Below are positions 49,225-59,217 of a stretch of DNA of 64,000 bases, piece by piece. Source of the DNA: an uncultured delta proteobacterium (GTDB taxonomy: Bacteria; Desulfobacterota; RBG-13-43-22); assembly GCA_963743305.1 (NCBI GenBank), contig CAVUPH010000033.1, forward strand, positions 64,001 through 128,000, read 5' to 3'. The stretch's first letter is position 1, and the number at the start of each line of letters is the position of its first letter. Both the position numbers and the translations under genes were made by a program. Under the pieces are notes generated by a model. It did no database searches. It was not told where the DNA came from and saw nothing but the letters and a program-made list of their open reading frames with translations.

Positions 49225-50124
49225 TCAAGAACTGGAAGCGATTTGTTTTAAAATCGGCTCCAAACTGATTCGGTGGTCATTAAGCCCCAATAGGTTTCTA
49301 TCCAGGCCGAAGGCCAGTCCGATAAGCTGGGAGATATGGAAAGCGGGGAGATTAAACCCGTCGTGATACTTACGTTCCAACATCATTTGCCCCCGATCAA
49401 ACTGGGAAAAACAGGAAGGGCAGCCTACGGCAATGGCCTGGATATGATGCTTTCTCATGTGGCTGAGTTTTTCCCGGGTAATTTCGTTGGCCGCTTCCTG
49501 ATCAATATTGGTCCCTAAAGCCGATCCGCAGCAGAGGAATTTTCGGGAATATTCTATCGGTTCGGCGCCTAACAAAGACAGGATCTGGTCCATGCTTTTG
49601 GGTACATAACTGTCGGCTTCTGATAAATTTTCCGGGTACATCAGCCGGGGCGGGCGGTAGAGGTGACAGCCGTAATGGCAGCCGATCCGGACCCGACTCA
49701 ACGAGTGAACGGCCCGCTCGCCCAGTCGAGCCAGGCCCAGGTCGTCAACCAGGACGTCCAGGAGGTGCTTGACTTTAATGGTTCCTTGATAGCTATGACC
49801 GAATTCCTGCAGCAGGCCGTTGACCTGGTTTTTTCGCTGGGGATCCTTTTTTAAGGCCAGGTTGGCCTCCTTCAAGGTATTCACGCAACCGTTGCAGATG
49901 GAGATGATGTTGACTCCGGCCTCTTCGGCCAGACAGAGATTTCGGGCCGCTAAGGCCAGCCAACTGTCGAAGTGGACCAGTTTCAGTTGGGTCGGAGCCG
50001 GGCAGCAGGAAAAAGGCAGGTCCAGCAGTTCCACGTCCAAGGCCTGGAGCACCTCGCGGGTGGCCTTTTCAAAGCCCGGATACTTCACCGGGATCACACA
50101 GCCTAAAAAGAGTGCATATTTCAT
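49225..50124 (-). CDS. hdrB: Heterodisulfide reductase subunit B-like
   Basis: FLGC, SCCP, ICNGC, HYGCH, CCG, CPSC. Confidence 0.9.
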   Translation of the reverse strand: MKYALFLGCVIPVKYPGFEKATREVLQALDVELLDLPFSCCPAPTQLKLVHFDSWLALAARNLCLAEEAGVNIISICNGCVNTLKEANLALKKDPQRKNQVNGLLQEFGHSYQGTIKVKHLLDVLVDDLGLARLGERAVHSLSRVRIGCHYGCHLYRPPRLMYPENLSEADSYVPKSMDQILSLLGAEPIEYSRKFLCCGSALGTNIDQEAANEITREKLSHMRKHHIQAIAVGCPSCFSQFDRGQMMLERKYHDGFNLPAFHISQLIGLAFGLDRNLLGLNDHRISLEPILKQIASSS

Positions 50125-50125
50125 C

Positions 50126-50596
50126 TTAACTCAGTTCGATGACCTCGTTCAATCCGGTTTTTCTAAGAAGGCCCTCAATTTCGTCCACCGCCAGAGGACC
50201 CAGGGGGGGCAGGGCCAGCCTCTTCCGGTCGCGATGAACCTTGTCCGATATCACCAGGGTCCGGCCGGTCTTGGCCACCAGGTCCACTCCAAATTTAATT
50301 TTCTCGGGCAGATTCCCCCGTTGAGCGGCCAGGTTACAGATGGCCGTCAGCAGATCGGAGATATGAATTTCCTGGGGACAGCGGTCTTCGCAAACCTGGC
50401 AGGTAGTACAGTACCAGATGCGTTCATCGTTGATCACCGCCTCCTGACCCAGATTCAAGCAGCGCAAGAGGGTCTCCCGGGGGCCATAGGAATGGTCCAG
50501 GACCATGGCCGCCGGACAGCTCCCGGTACACCGGGCGCACTGATAGCATTCAAAGAGGTCTTCCTTGTTGAACATTTCCCAGATGCTTTTGATCAC
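50126..50596 (-). CDS. hdrC: Heterodisulfide reductase subunit C-like
   Basis: CYQCARCTGSCP, CTTCQVCEDRCP. Confidence 0.9.
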   Translation of the reverse strand: MIKSIWEMFNKEDLFECYQCARCTGSCPAAMVLDHSYGPRETLLRCLNLGQEAVINDERIWYCTTCQVCEDRCPQEIHISDLLTAICNLAAQRGNLPEKIKFGVDLVAKTGRTLVISDKVHRDRKRLALPPLGPLAVDEIEGLLRKTGLNEVIELS

Positions 50597-53046
50597 CTTA
50601 ATAATCCCTCACCCGTCTTTTTCTCTTTTTTTTCGGGGACCAGAACGGCCTTGGTTTTTTCAATTTCCTCCCGGGTCACCGTCCCGATAATTTCGTCTAT
50701 TTCTTTGATCTTTTTGGAAAACTGAAGGCCCTCGGCCGCGCTGATCCAGGCCAGTTGGAGACGGTTCTGGTCCAGGCCCAGGCGCTCCATTTTTTTCCAG
50801 ACCTTCTTCACCCGTTTTTCGGTCTGATGGTTCGCATGGATATAGTGGCAGTCCCCGATATGGCATCCGGAAACCAGAACGGCGGCCGCCCCCCGGCGAA
50901 AGGCGGTTTCAATAAATCGGGTGCTGATGCGACCGGAGCACATGGTGCGGATGATGCGCACCGACGGCGGATACTGCATGCGGCTGACGCCGGCAAAATC
51001 GGCGCCGGCGTAGGAGCACCAGTTACAGCAGAAGGCCACCGCCTTTTTCTCGGGATCTTCTTCGGTGATGGCCTCGATCTGGGCCAGGATTTGCGCATCG
51101 GTAAAATGCCGCTGGCTGAGCGCCCCGAAAGGACACTCGGCCACGCAGGTCCCGCAGCCGGCGCAGGAGGCCTGGGTGACGGCCACGATTTTGGTTTCCG
51201 GGTCCTGGCGGATGGCGGAATAAGGGCAGACTTTGACGCACATCCCGCAGCCCTGGCACAGATCCTCATCGACCTGGGCGGTAATGGCCTCCACCATGAC
51301 CTTGCCTTGGGACATGAGAATGTTGGCCCGGGAAGCGGCGGCACAAGCTTGGGTGACGGAATCCTTGATGTCCTTGGGGCCTTCGGCGCAACCGGCCAAA
51401 AAGATGCCGCCGGTGGGCGTGTCCACCGGCCGCAACTTGGGATGGGCCTCCAGAAAAAAACCGTCCGAACCGGTGGACAGGTTCAAAAGCCGCTGGATAA
51501 CCGGGCTGTCCTTGCGCGGTTCGATCCCTACGGAAAGTATAGCCAGGTCCGCTTCATAGCGGTAGAGCTGGGAAAGAAGGGTGTTCTCCCCGATGAGCGT
51601 CAGGTTATGCGATTCGGGGTCCTCGATGATTTCCCCGGGGACCCCCCGAATGAAGGAGATCCCCTCCCGGCGCGCCCGCTGAAATAAATCCTCAAAGCCT
51701 TTGCCGAAGGCCCGAATATCAATATAAAAAACGACGACCTTGGTTTCGGGCCAGTGTTCCTTGATCAGCAGGGCGTCCTTAATGGTGTTCATGCAGCAGA
51801 TATTGCTGCAGTAGATATTGGAACGCTTGGAGCGGGAACCGATGCATTGCAGGAAAGCCACTGTCTTGGGGATCCGCCGGTCGGAGGGACGGATGAGATT
51901 ACCCCCGGAAGGGCCCCCGGCGTTGATCAGCCGTTCGAACTCCAGGCTGGTGATGACATTGGGGAACTTCCGGTAACCGAATTCGGTCAGGGAAGTGGGG
52001 TCGTACACGTCCACGCCGGTGGCGACGATGATGGTGCCCACCTCCAGGTGCAGGATGCGGTCTTTATCGGCATAGTCGATGCACCGCTTTTGACAGGCCT
52101 GGGAACAACGGTCGCAGGCCACGATGCCGTGCTTATTCAGGCAGAGGTCCATGTCGATACGGAAAGTGGAAGGCACGGCCTGGGCAAAAGAGCGGTAGAC
52201 GGCCCGGCGCATGGACAGACCGGCATTGAACTCATCCGGAGCCACCTGGGGGCAGACCTGAGTGCAATCCCCGCAGGCGGTGCAGGAATCCTTGACGTAG
52301 CGGGCCTGCCGGCGGACCTGGACCTGAAAGTTGCCTATGTAGCCGTCCACCTGTTCCACGTCGCTCAAGGTCAACAGTTCGATATTGGGGTGGCGGCCGA
52401 CCTCCGACATTTTGGGGGCCAGGATACAGATGGAGCAGTCCATGGTGGGGAAGGTCTTGTCGATCTGGGCCATGCGGCCGCCGATGCTGGATTCCTTTTC
52501 CACCAGATACACCTGATAACCGCTGTTGGCCAAATCCAGAGCCGCCTGGATCCCGGCCACTCCACCCCCGATCACCAGGGCCTTACGGTGCACCGGCACT
52601 TCCAGTTCCTGCTGGGGGGCCAGGAGCCGGGCCCGGGCCACCGCCATTTTGACCAAATCCTGCGCTTTGAGGGTCGCCCCTTCCTTGTCGTGGAGATGCA
52701 CCCAGGAGCAGTGTTCCCGGATATTGGCCATTTCAAACAGGTAGGGATTCAAGCCGGCGTCCTGGCAGGCGGTTCGAAAGGTGGGTTCATGGAGGCGCGG
52801 CGTGCAAGAGGCCACCACCACCCGATTGAGCCGCTGTTCGCGGATATCCTGCTTGATTTCTTCCTGGCCCGGATCGGAGCAGGTGTATAAATTACTCTTG
52901 GAGAGAACCACGCCGGGCAGGGCGGCCGCGTATTCAGCCACTCGAGCACAGTCCACCACGGCGCCGATATTCAGGCCGCACTGGCAGACGTACACCCCGA
53001 CCCGCGATTCTTCCTTGTCTTTTCTGTGAACTTTCTTGGCGGCCAA
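50593..53046 (-). CDS. hdrA: HdrA fused to a C-terminal MvhD domain (all-Cys version)
   Basis: GVYVCQCG, GGGVAG, DCSICILAPK, CSNICC, GKGFE, HPKLRP, then CCNWCSYAGAD and TMCSGR. Confidence 0.92.
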   Translation of the reverse strand: MAAKKVHRKDKEESRVGVYVCQCGLNIGAVVDCARVAEYAAALPGVVLSKSNLYTCSDPGQEEIKQDIREQRLNRVVVASCTPRLHEPTFRTACQDAGLNPYLFEMANIREHCSWVHLHDKEGATLKAQDLVKMAVARARLLAPQQELEVPVHRKALVIGGGVAGIQAALDLANSGYQVYLVEKESSIGGRMAQIDKTFPTMDCSICILAPKMSEVGRHPNIELLTLSDVEQVDGYIGNFQVQVRRQARYVKDSCTACGDCTQVCPQVAPDEFNAGLSMRRAVYRSFAQAVPSTFRIDMDLCLNKHGIVACDRCSQACQKRCIDYADKDRILHLEVGTIIVATGVDVYDPTSLTEFGYRKFPNVITSLEFERLINAGGPSGGNLIRPSDRRIPKTVAFLQCIGSRSKRSNIYCSNICCMNTIKDALLIKEHWPETKVVVFYIDIRAFGKGFEDLFQRARREGISFIRGVPGEIIEDPESHNLTLIGENTLLSQLYRYEADLAILSVGIEPRKDSPVIQRLLNLSTGSDGFFLEAHPKLRPVDTPTGGIFLAGCAEGPKDIKDSVTQACAAASRANILMSQGKVMVEAITAQVDEDLCQGCGMCVKVCPYSAIRQDPETKIVAVTQASCAGCGTCVAECPFGALSQRHFTDAQILAQIEAITEEDPEKKAVAFCCNWCSYAGADFAGVSRMQYPPSVRIIRTMCSGRISTRFIETAFRRGAAAVLVSGCHIGDCHYIHANHQTEKRVKKVWKKMERLGLDQNRLQLAWISAAEGLQFSKKIKEIDEIIGTVTREEIEKTKAVLVPEKKEKKTGEGLLR

Positions 53047-53076
53047 CCCGGTAACTCCTTTAATAAAGCCTTGGTA

Positions 53077-53658
53077 TTAGCTGACTAGCGACTGAACGCC
53101 GCCGGCTGCAGTCAATTGTTTTCCGTAGGCATACCCTTTTTCGAAGGCCTTGAGGTTCAATTCCTCGGTTCCCCGGGGGATGGAATCGAAGAGGGCCTGT
53201 TTCATGGCTTCGTAGCCGACCACCTCGGTCACAGAGGTGATAAACCCCAGCATGACGATATTGGCCACGATCTTCCGCCCCAGCTTTTCGGCAAACCGGG
53301 TGGCGGGGATTTTGAACAAGCGGGAGCCCTCCGGGGCCGAATCCAACTGGACCAGATCCTCATCGATCAGGACCGTGGAATGACCCGCTAACCCGCTTCC
53401 GTAGGTATTTTTGGCCTCCTCGGACATGAGGACCAGAATCTCCGGGTGGGTTACCCGAGGATAATGAATCTCCCCCCGGGAGAGGACCACATCGGCGCTG
53501 CAGGCGCCTCCCCGGGCCTCCGGGCCGTAACTCTGGGTAAAAACCGCATTGAGGTGCTCGAACAAGGCGGCGGCCTTGCCCAGGACCTGGCCGGCCAGGA
53601 CGATCCCCTGGCCGCCGAAGCCCGCCAGTCGGATTTCTGTTTTTGTATCGGTACTCAT
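53077..53658 (-). CDS. korC: 2-oxoacid:ferredoxin oxidoreductase gamma
   Basis: AGFGGQG, SYGPEARGG, NIVMLG. Confidence 0.88.
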   Translation of the reverse strand: MSTDTKTEIRLAGFGGQGIVLAGQVLGKAAALFEHLNAVFTQSYGPEARGGACSADVVLSRGEIHYPRVTHPEILVLMSEEAKNTYGSGLAGHSTVLIDEDLVQLDSAPEGSRLFKIPATRFAEKLGRKIVANIVMLGFITSVTEVVGYEAMKQALFDSIPRGTEELNLKAFEKGYAYGKQLTAAGGVQSLVS

Positions 53659-53739
53659 TGGAATAAGTCGCCCGTAGTTAGGATCTATAATTCCGAAATT
53701 CGGCTTTGTCGGGTCTTACCAAAAGTCAAATAGTTGTGG

Positions 53740-54636
53740 TTAGATTTCCCGTTTAAATTTGCTTAAAATATTTTCCTGGTAGAGTTCGTCAAAGGTCGGC
53801 CGGCTTTGATCAATAAATTTTCCGACGATGATTTTCCCCTTCAGGCTAATGTCCGCTTCACGGGGGTCCGTGTCGTTTTGAACCAGGCTGTTCTCCCGAT
53901 AAAACTTCATTTCGTCCAGGCCGCTGCCCAGTTTGTTCGGTCGCCCGTAACCGATGGGGCAGGGGGAGATGACTTCGATGAAGGTAAACCCCTTTTTAGT
54001 CAGGCTTTCCGCGATGGAGGTGACCAGATGCCGGGCATGAAAGGTGGTCCAGCGGGCCACGTATACCGCCCCGCTGGCATAAGCCAGAAAGGGCAGGTTG
54101 AAGGAATGCTCGAAATTGCCGTAGGGGGTGGTGGTGGTCCGGGCCGTCACCGGGGTCGTGGGGGCCGCCTGACCGCCGGTCATGCCGTAATTGAAATTAT
54201 TGACGCAGATGATCTTCAGATTGATGTTTCGCCGGGCGGCATGAATGAAGTGATTGCCGCCGATGGCGAAGAGGTCCCCGTCACCGCTGAAAACCGTTAC
54301 CGCCAGGTCCGGCCGAACCAGGGCCAGGCCGGTGGCGAAGGGGATGGCCCGCCCGTGGGTGGTGTGATACGTGTCCATATCCAGATAACCGGCCACCCGG
54401 CCCGTACAGCCGATTCCGGAAACCACCGCCGTCTGGTCCACCTGCAGGCCGGCCGTCTTCAGCCCGTTGATGTAGGTATTCAGGACCACCCCCAGCCCGC
54501 AGCCCGGACACCAGATATGGGGGATGCGGCCCGGCTTTAAATAGATATCGTCAGGATGGAAACCATGCTGCTCCTCCCTGAGGCGGCGGCTGGTCTGAGG
54601 GTCATAGGGGACTAGGGGTTGAAAGCGGATTTTCAT
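53740..54636 (-). CDS. korB: 2-oxoacid:ferredoxin oxidoreductase beta
   Basis: WCPGCG, SGIGC, THGRA, GDGD TPP motif, YGMTGGQ. Confidence 0.9.
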   Translation of the reverse strand: MKIRFQPLVPYDPQTSRRLREEQHGFHPDDIYLKPGRIPHIWCPGCGLGVVLNTYINGLKTAGLQVDQTAVVSGIGCTGRVAGYLDMDTYHTTHGRAIPFATGLALVRPDLAVTVFSGDGDLFAIGGNHFIHAARRNINLKIICVNNFNYGMTGGQAAPTTPVTARTTTTPYGNFEHSFNLPFLAYASGAVYVARWTTFHARHLVTSIAESLTKKGFTFIEVISPCPIGYGRPNKLGSGLDEMKFYRENSLVQNDTDPREADISLKGKIIVGKFIDQSRPTFDELYQENILSKFKREI

Positions 54637-55823
54637 ACCAGCGTTTCCTTAACGGCCTCGATGATCTCGGCGGGGGTGTGGATCGATCCGCCCATGAGAG
54701 GCAGCAGTATCGTTTCCGCCCGACCCTGGGCGCAGCGCTCCACCTCGTAGGCCATCTGGCCGTAATTGATTTCCGGGACGATAAAGGCCTTGACCCGCGC
54801 GGAGATTTCTCTGATCTCTTCTTCCGGAAAGGGCCAGAGGGTGATGAGACGCAGCAGTCCGACTTTTTCTCCGGCCTGCCGGAGATCGGTAACCGCCTCC
54901 CGGGCGGCCCGGGCGGTACACCCATAGGCTACGACCACCACCTCGGCCTGCTCCAGGCCGAGGGCTTCGGTCTGGATGATCTTGGCCGCGTTCAGACGGA
55001 TTTTATCCACCAGCCTCCGGACCAGGCGTTCATGGGTCGCCGCCGTAATGACCGGGTAACCCTGTTCGTCGTGGGTCAACCCGGTGACATGGACATGGTA
55101 GCCATCCCCGGCACAGGCCATGGAAGGAACCAGGTCCTCCCCGGCCAGAAAAGGGAGATAGCACTCCCGGGTCTGATCCGGACGTTGGCGGGCAACCAAC
55201 TGAATCTGTTCCGCCGGCGGGATAATTACTTTTTCGCTCATGTGCCCCACCATCTCATCCCCCAAAACAAAAACGGGCAAACGGTAGGTTTCCGACAGAT
55301 TGAAGGCCGTAACGGTCAAATCAAACATTTCCTGAGGGGAGGAAGGGGAGAGGGCAATCACCCCATAGTCCCCATGCGAACCCCAGCGGGCCTGCATGAC
55401 GTCCGCCTGGCCGACCAGGGTGGGCAACCCGGTGGAGGGACCGGCGCGCATAATATTCACTACCACACAGGGAGTCTCGGTCATCATACCCAACCCGATA
55501 TTTTCCATCATCAGGGAAAAACCCGGACCGGAGGTGGCGGTCATGGCCTTCACCCCGCCCCAGGAGGCCCCCAGGATGGCCGCCATGGAAGCGATTTCGT
55601 CTTCCATCTGGATGCACATCCCTTGCACCTGGGGGAGTCGCTTGGCCAGTCGTTCGGCGATTTCGGTGGCCGGGGTGATGGGATAACCGGCAAAAAAGCG
55701 ACACCCGGCGGCGATGGCACCCTCGGCGCAGGCTTCATCGCCGTTGATAAAAAATTCACCTGTTAAGAATCCTGGAATGGACATGGTCCTGTTGCTTTCC
55801 CGATCTTCCGCTCCCGGGTTCAA
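54633..55823 (-). CDS. korA: 2-oxoacid:ferredoxin oxidoreductase alpha (start may be ATG 55784)
   Basis: YPITP, QMEDEIA, TSGPG, RAGPSTGLPT. Confidence 0.9.
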   Translation of the reverse strand: MNPGAEDRESNRTMSIPGFLTGEFFINGDEACAEGAIAAGCRFFAGYPITPATEIAERLAKRLPQVQGMCIQMEDEIASMAAILGASWGGVKAMTATSGPGFSLMMENIGLGMMTETPCVVVNIMRAGPSTGLPTLVGQADVMQARWGSHGDYGVIALSPSSPQEMFDLTVTAFNLSETYRLPVFVLGDEMVGHMSEKVIIPPAEQIQLVARQRPDQTRECYLPFLAGEDLVPSMACAGDGYHVHVTGLTHDEQGYPVITAATHERLVRRLVDKIRLNAAKIIQTEALGLEQAEVVVVAYGCTARAAREAVTDLRQAGEKVGLLRLITLWPFPEEEIREISARVKAFIVPEINYGQMAYEVERCAQGRAETILLPLMGGSIHTPAEIIEAVKETLV

Positions 55824-55850
55824 AACGGGGGGAGATCCGCCGGAGGGGGG

Positions 55851-56162
55851 TTACACTCCGAATTTCTTGGAATAATTAATGATGTCCTCGGCGGTTAATT
55901 CTTTGTACTCTTTCAGCTCACTGTAGATGGCAAATTCCGGGCAGATTATTTCACAGAGGTTGCAATTTACGCACTCCCCTTGCTTGGTGACCAAGGGGGG
56001 GTGATAGCCCTTTTTATTAAATTCGGAGGATTCCTTGAGGACCTGGTTCGGGCAGAACTCAATGCAAAAGTTGCACCCCTTGCAGCGGTCCTTGATAATA
56101 TGCAATTCCCCGATCGGTATGGAGTGGGAAGAGGCATCTAATGGAAGTCTCCAAAATTTCAT
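55851..56162 (-). CDS. korD: 2-oxoacid:ferredoxin oxidoreductase delta, 2[4Fe-4S]
   Basis: CKGCNFCIEFCP, CVNCNLCEIICPEFAI. Confidence 0.88.
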   Translation of the reverse strand: MKFWRLPLDASSHSIPIGELHIIKDRCKGCNFCIEFCPNQVLKESSEFNKKGYHPPLVTKQGECVNCNLCEIICPEFAIYSELKEYKELTAEDIINYSKKFGV

Positions 56163-56330
56163 CGTGTTACCAATAAATAAGAAAATAAAGCTTTACCTTG
56201 TAATAATTTCCGGCCTGTTTGTCAATAAGAATCTCCGCGACTATTTTCCAGGCAAATCCTTCCGCCGGTGAAGGCCGAATCCCGCTAACCCGGAATCCCC
56301 GGCTGGGGGAGTCGATGCGAAAAGCAATAA

Positions 56331-56840
56331 TCAGCTCAGGGAGGATAGCAATTCGGACGCTCGATCCCGGACCTCCTCGTCCTCGGCCAGCGCGGACAGG
56401 GTGCGCAGCTTGCTTAGGAAGGCCTGCTGTTCCCGAGGGGAACGCGTGGGATGCTGTCGGGCCATCCGATCGAGACTGCCGTTCGAAATAGCGGGGTCGG
56501 GAAAGTCCAGAAAAAGGAAGAGCAGGCCCCAGTCTCGGGGCAGGCCGTATTCTTTGACATACTCTTTGACCAGGGGGGGGAATTTTTTGCCTCCGAAATT
56601 TTGGTGCAGGGCGTCCGCCAGCTTCTGATGGGCCGGGGTCCCTTGCTTGCCCTCAAAAACCTTATGCGCCTCCTGGAGCGCCCGCTGGCGCATCCGTTCC
56701 GCCCGGGGGCTTCCCGGTCGGACCGCCGGCCGCTCTCCTCGGGAGACGTGACGGCTGCCGTCCCGCCGCTGGTCGATTTCTCGCCAGGAGAGCCGCTCCC
56801 GTTCGGAGGAATCGTTATTTCGCGGGGTCACCCGGCTCAC
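56331..56840 (-). CDS. Hypothetical protein
   Basis: SWREIDQRRD; overlaps the pfk stop. Confidence 0.6.
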   Translation of the reverse strand: MSRVTPRNNDSSERERLSWREIDQRRDGSRHVSRGERPAVRPGSPRAERMRQRALQEAHKVFEGKQGTPAHQKLADALHQNFGGKKFPPLVKEYVKEYGLPRDWGLLFLFLDFPDPAISNGSLDRMARQHPTRSPREQQAFLSKLRTLSALAEDEEVRDRASELLSSLS

Positions 56841-58219
56841 CCTTCACTGGGCGGATGCCAGTCCGGCGTGTTCTTTAAAGGAGGCTGACCGGTGGATTCC
56901 AAAACGCTTAACCACATATTGCCCTCCAGGTCCACCTGCTTTCTGCGGGCCACCGCGGCCCGGATGGGAACGTGCACGTATTGGTTGTTCCAGAGGCTGA
57001 CCAGCATATTGGTCTTGCCGGCCATCCCGGCATGGACCGCGTTTTGACCCAGGAAGCCGCAAAAGATCCGGTCGCTGGAATTGGCCGGCTGGCTGCGGAC
57101 AATGTAACTGGGATCGATGTATTTCAGGTTGATTTCCAGATTCAGTCGGGCGAAGTGCGTTTTGATTTTATCGACTAGAAAAGGCCCGATATCGCCCAAT
57201 TTGATGTTTCCCGAGGGGTCCCGCCGCAAGGGGTCGCCGGTAAAAAACTTTTGTCCGGCGCCTTCGGCCACCACGATCACCACATGTTTACGATCAGCCA
57301 GGCGTTTTTGAATCGCGGCCAGCAACCCCTCGGGACCCTCCAGGTCGAAATCGGTTTCGGGAATGATCACTAAATTAGCTTCCCGGGAGGCCAGGGCGGC
57401 ATGGGCGGCGATAAAGCCGGAGTTGCGCCCCATCAGCTTGACGATCCCGATTCCTTGGGGCGCCCCCAGGGATTCGATATGGGCGCTGCGGATGGTCCCG
57501 GCCGCGCTTTCCACGGCCGTGGCAAAACCGAAAGACTTTTCCACTAGGGAGATATCGTTGTCGATGGTCTTGGGGATGCCGATGACCGCCGTGACCAGGC
57601 CGCGTCGTTTGATTTCCCGAGAGATCAGATCGGCTCCCCGCAGGGTGCCGTCGCCGCCGATGGCAAACAGGATGTTGACGTTAAGCTGCTGCAGGGAATC
57701 CACGATTTCCTCGATCGGATATTGGCCCCGGGAAGAAGACAGAATCGTTCCCCCCAGTTCGTGAATGGAGGAGACCCGCTCGGGATTCAAATCGATCACC
57801 GAGTGATTGTAGGCCGGGATGAAACCTTGATAGCCGTAGGGGATGCCGATAATATTTTGGACACCGTAGATATAATAGAGCTCCAGGACGATGGCTCGGA
57901 TCACATCGTTCAGTCCGGGGCAGAGTCCGCCGGCGGTGACGATGGCACATTTGACCTGCTTGGGGTGAAAAAAAATCTTGTCTCGGGGGCCGGCCTTTTC
58001 GAAGGACAAAGGCGCCTCGCCCCGGCGAAAACAATCCAGAAAATACTGTTCGGATAGATCGATGACGACCCGATCTTGGTCGCGGATATAGTTTTTGCAG
58101 ATACGCTCGGGGTCCTGCAGCCCCTCATGGGAGAAGCAGCGGACCGGGGTTTCGGTTTTAGGCGCCCCGACGGTTTCAATCAGGACGTCTTCCTCCGTGA
58201 GACAATTGATAATATCCAT
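56837..58219 (-). CDS. pfkA: ATP-dependent 6-phosphofructokinase
   Basis: GGLCPG, GGDGT, PKTIDND, MGR. Confidence 0.92.
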   Translation of the reverse strand: MDIINCLTEEDVLIETVGAPKTETPVRCFSHEGLQDPERICKNYIRDQDRVVIDLSEQYFLDCFRRGEAPLSFEKAGPRDKIFFHPKQVKCAIVTAGGLCPGLNDVIRAIVLELYYIYGVQNIIGIPYGYQGFIPAYNHSVIDLNPERVSSIHELGGTILSSSRGQYPIEEIVDSLQQLNVNILFAIGGDGTLRGADLISREIKRRGLVTAVIGIPKTIDNDISLVEKSFGFATAVESAAGTIRSAHIESLGAPQGIGIVKLMGRNSGFIAAHAALASREANLVIIPETDFDLEGPEGLLAAIQKRLADRKHVVIVVAEGAGQKFFTGDPLRRDPSGNIKLGDIGPFLVDKIKTHFARLNLEINLKYIDPSYIVRSQPANSSDRIFCGFLGQNAVHAGMAGKTNMLVSLWNNQYVHVPIRAAVARRKQVDLEGNMWLSVLESTGQPPLKNTPDWHPPSEG

Positions 58220-58239
58220 GGCGGTCCTTTTCGAACGAG

Positions 58240-59217
58240 TTAGCGGAACTTAAACTCCCCCCGACCCAAAAGGTCATGGAGATGCAGTATCCCCAACACG
58301 CGCCGCCGATGGTCCACGATGGGCAGCGCCGTGATGAGATACGTTTCCATGAGCTCCAGGGCCTCGGAGGCCAGGGCTTCCGGGGAAAGGGTCTTCGGGT
58401 CTGCGGTCATGGCTTGGCCGGTCAGCGTTTCCAGAAGCGAAACCCGACGTTGGATCAGACGTCGCAGGTCCCCATCGGTCAATATCCCCCGCAGGATTTT
58501 TTCCTCGGTTTCCACCACCAGGGCGACGCCCAGGTCTTTACGGTCCATTTCCCGGATGGATTCCTCCAGCGGCTGGTCCGGAGAAACCAGGGGGATCCGA
58601 TCTCCGGTCAGCATGACTTCCGCTACCCGGACGGTCAGGCGCTCCCCCAGTGTGCCGCCCGGGTGAAAGCGGCGGAAATCCTGATGATTGAACTGGCGTT
58701 GTTTGATCAGGGCCACGGCCAAGGCATCCCCCGCGGCCAAGGCCGCGGTGGTGCTGGCGGTAGGCACCATTCCCCAGGGGCAGGCCTCTTTTTCCACGCC
58801 CACGTCAATGACGATATCGCTCTGCTTGGCCAGGGTGGATTCCGGGTTGCCGGTAAAGGCGATGCATTTAGCCCCGATCCGTCGAATGCTGGAGAGGATG
58901 AGGGTCAACTCCCCGGTTTCGCCGCTGTTGGAAAGGGCTAGAACGATATCCTTGGAGGTGACCATACCCAAATCCCCGTGCATGGCTTCCACCGGGTGCA
59001 GGAAGAGGGAAGGGGTGCCGGTGCTGTTCAGGGTGGCTACGATCTTACGGGCCACGATCCCGGATTTGCCGATTCCGGTGAGTATGACCCGGCCCTGGGA
59101 GCCGTAAATGAGGTCAACCGCCTCTTGAAATTCATTTCCCAGCTTGGGGATTAGATTTAGAATCCCTTGGGCTTCTATTTCCAGGACCTCTTTGACCGTC
59201 GCCAGAACGCTCATCAA
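58240..59217 (-). CDS. kdsD: Arabinose-5-phosphate isomerase (KpsF/GutQ)
   Basis: GIGKSG, HGDLG, FHPGG, CBS pair. Confidence 0.93.
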   Translation of the reverse strand: MMSVLATVKEVLEIEAQGILNLIPKLGNEFQEAVDLIYGSQGRVILTGIGKSGIVARKIVATLNSTGTPSLFLHPVEAMHGDLGMVTSKDIVLALSNSGETGELTLILSSIRRIGAKCIAFTGNPESTLAKQSDIVIDVGVEKEACPWGMVPTASTTAALAAGDALAVALIKQRQFNHQDFRRFHPGGTLGERLTVRVAEVMLTGDRIPLVSPDQPLEESIREMDRKDLGVALVVETEEKILRGILTDGDLRRLIQRRVSLLETLTGQAMTADPKTLSPEALASEALELMETYLITALPIVDHRRRVLGILHLHDLLGRGEFKFR

